DNA of 25,432 bases, taken from the NCBI GenBank assembly GCA_048939465.1, contig JBHLPL010000016.1, positions 1 through 25,432 on the forward strand. Reading direction: 5' to 3'. Positions within the stretch are counted from its first letter, which is position 1. Each line of letters starts with the position of its first letter. A model generated the notes under the pieces. The model was not told the DNA's origin. It ran no database searches and saw only the letters and a program-made list of their open reading frames with translations. Both the position numbers and the translations under genes were made by a program. The DNA is from Promethearchaeota archaeon. Its GTDB lineage: Archaea; Asgardarchaeota; Odinarchaeia; Odinarchaeales; JBHLKK01. Positions 24,689-25,432 of this stretch are shown in pieces.

Positions 24689-25432
24689 TTATTTCCCTTT
24701 CAGGGCTTCAGCTATCAAAGCTGCTACCGAAATGCAGCTTACATCGCTTGGAATCGTGTCTGTACCAATTATAAGCTCTGCACCTGCCTTCATTATCCTG
24801 AAACGAGCATTCCCAATAAGTAATGGATGAGTACAGGCTGCAAAAATCCGTTTAGCCCCTTGGCTTTTGATAATCTCGATAGCTTTAGCCATTGTTCCTC
24901 CTGTACTAATTATATCATCAACGACCGCAACTTCTCTTCCTTCTACCGGCATAGTCTTTCCTTTCATTGTTATCTCTCCTGTATCCCTGTCTCTGAACTT
25001 ATCAAAGCTAACGAATTCCCCTCCAATGGTTGATACTACCTTCTCTGCTAGATGAATGGCCCCATCATCAGGAGCAACAATAAGGGGATTCTCCACTCTC
25101 ATGCTTTTTAGGAGCTTTCCTATAAGAGGCATGGCACTAAGATCAACTGTAGGTATCCTAAAATGTTCTAAGGCCTTCTTTGAATGTATATCAACGGTTA
25201 AGAGCTCATCTACTCCAACTTTTTCCAGCAAACTGCCTACAGTTTTAATGTTAATTGCTTCACCTTTCTTGAATCGCTTGTCTTGTCGTGCATATGCCAA
25301 ATACGGAACAACTGCAGTAACTTTTGAAGCTCCCATGTCTTTTGCGGCATCTACCAAGAAGAAAAGCTCTAACAGATTCCTATTCTGTGGTGAACAAGTA
25401 GATTGCACGATTACAACGTGATCCCCTTTTAC
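24689..25432 (-). CDS. prs: Ribose-phosphate pyrophosphokinase; 5' end outside the window
   Basis: VPYLAYARQD, VDIH, APDDGA, VVDDIISTGGT. The frame stays open to the window edge (VKGDHVVIVQS). Confidence 0.97.
   Translation of the reverse strand, partial: VKGDHVVIVQSTCSPQNRNLLELFFLVDAAKDMGASKVTAVVPYLAYARQDKRFKKGEAINIKTVGSLLEKVGVDELLTVDIHSKKALEHFRIPTVDLSAMPLIGKLLKSMRVENPLIVAPDDGAIHLAEKVVSTIGGEFVSFDKFRDRDTGEITMKGKTMPVEGREVAVVDDIISTGGTMAKAIEIIKSQGAKRIFAACTHPLLIGNARFRIMKAGAELIIGTDTIPSDVSCISVAALIAEALKGK

Noticed and set aside
336-25421. Numerous short ORF-track entries antisense to or nested in identified genes (e.g. 803-1225, 3291-3617, 7051-7515, 15294-15941, 24326-24823)
   Set aside because: They overlap well-supported genes and lack motifs; shadow ORFs.
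1-25432. CRISPR arrays, IS elements, integrases, rRNA genes
   Set aside because: No regularly spaced repeats, transposase/recombinase motifs or rRNA-length conserved sequence seen by eye.

Overview
Archaeal chromosomal window, most consistent with a TACK-type lineage such as Bathyarchaeia or relatives. This is inferred from the rpl15e-COG1325-rnp3-rnp2 gene order, an archaeal class I CCA-adding enzyme and multi-intron tRNAs; the lineage is not proven. The left ~14 kb is accessory or metabolic: partial GT2 glycosyltransferase, three SAM methyltransferases, four GNATs, a CDF-type transporter with winged-helix-like domains on both sides, a PD-(D/E)XK nuclease, a Zn-dependent deacetylase, divergent pncB/pncA NAD salvage and a DUF4332-like pseudogene. 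The right ~11 kb is housekeeping, dominated by RNA maturation (rnp2, rnp3, rpl15e, cca, thpR, rnz, trm11/TrmG10, two DUF54 proteins, prs). The most interesting content is non-coding and absent from the ORF track. (1) A 68-nt box C/D-like guide sRNA (8855-8922, minus) has compensatorily altered terminal C/D boxes, and its two guides are complementary to conserved peptidyl-transferase-centre segments of 23S rRNA as recalled. (2) Three tRNA genes (Lys-UUU, Lys-CUU, Pro-GGG) each carry 2-3 introns, and all three have an intron at position 46/47. The Lys-UUU one is composite, with a duplicated 13-nt element, and the Pro one is predicted to leave 2 extra nt. No CRISPR array, transposase or integrase was seen.
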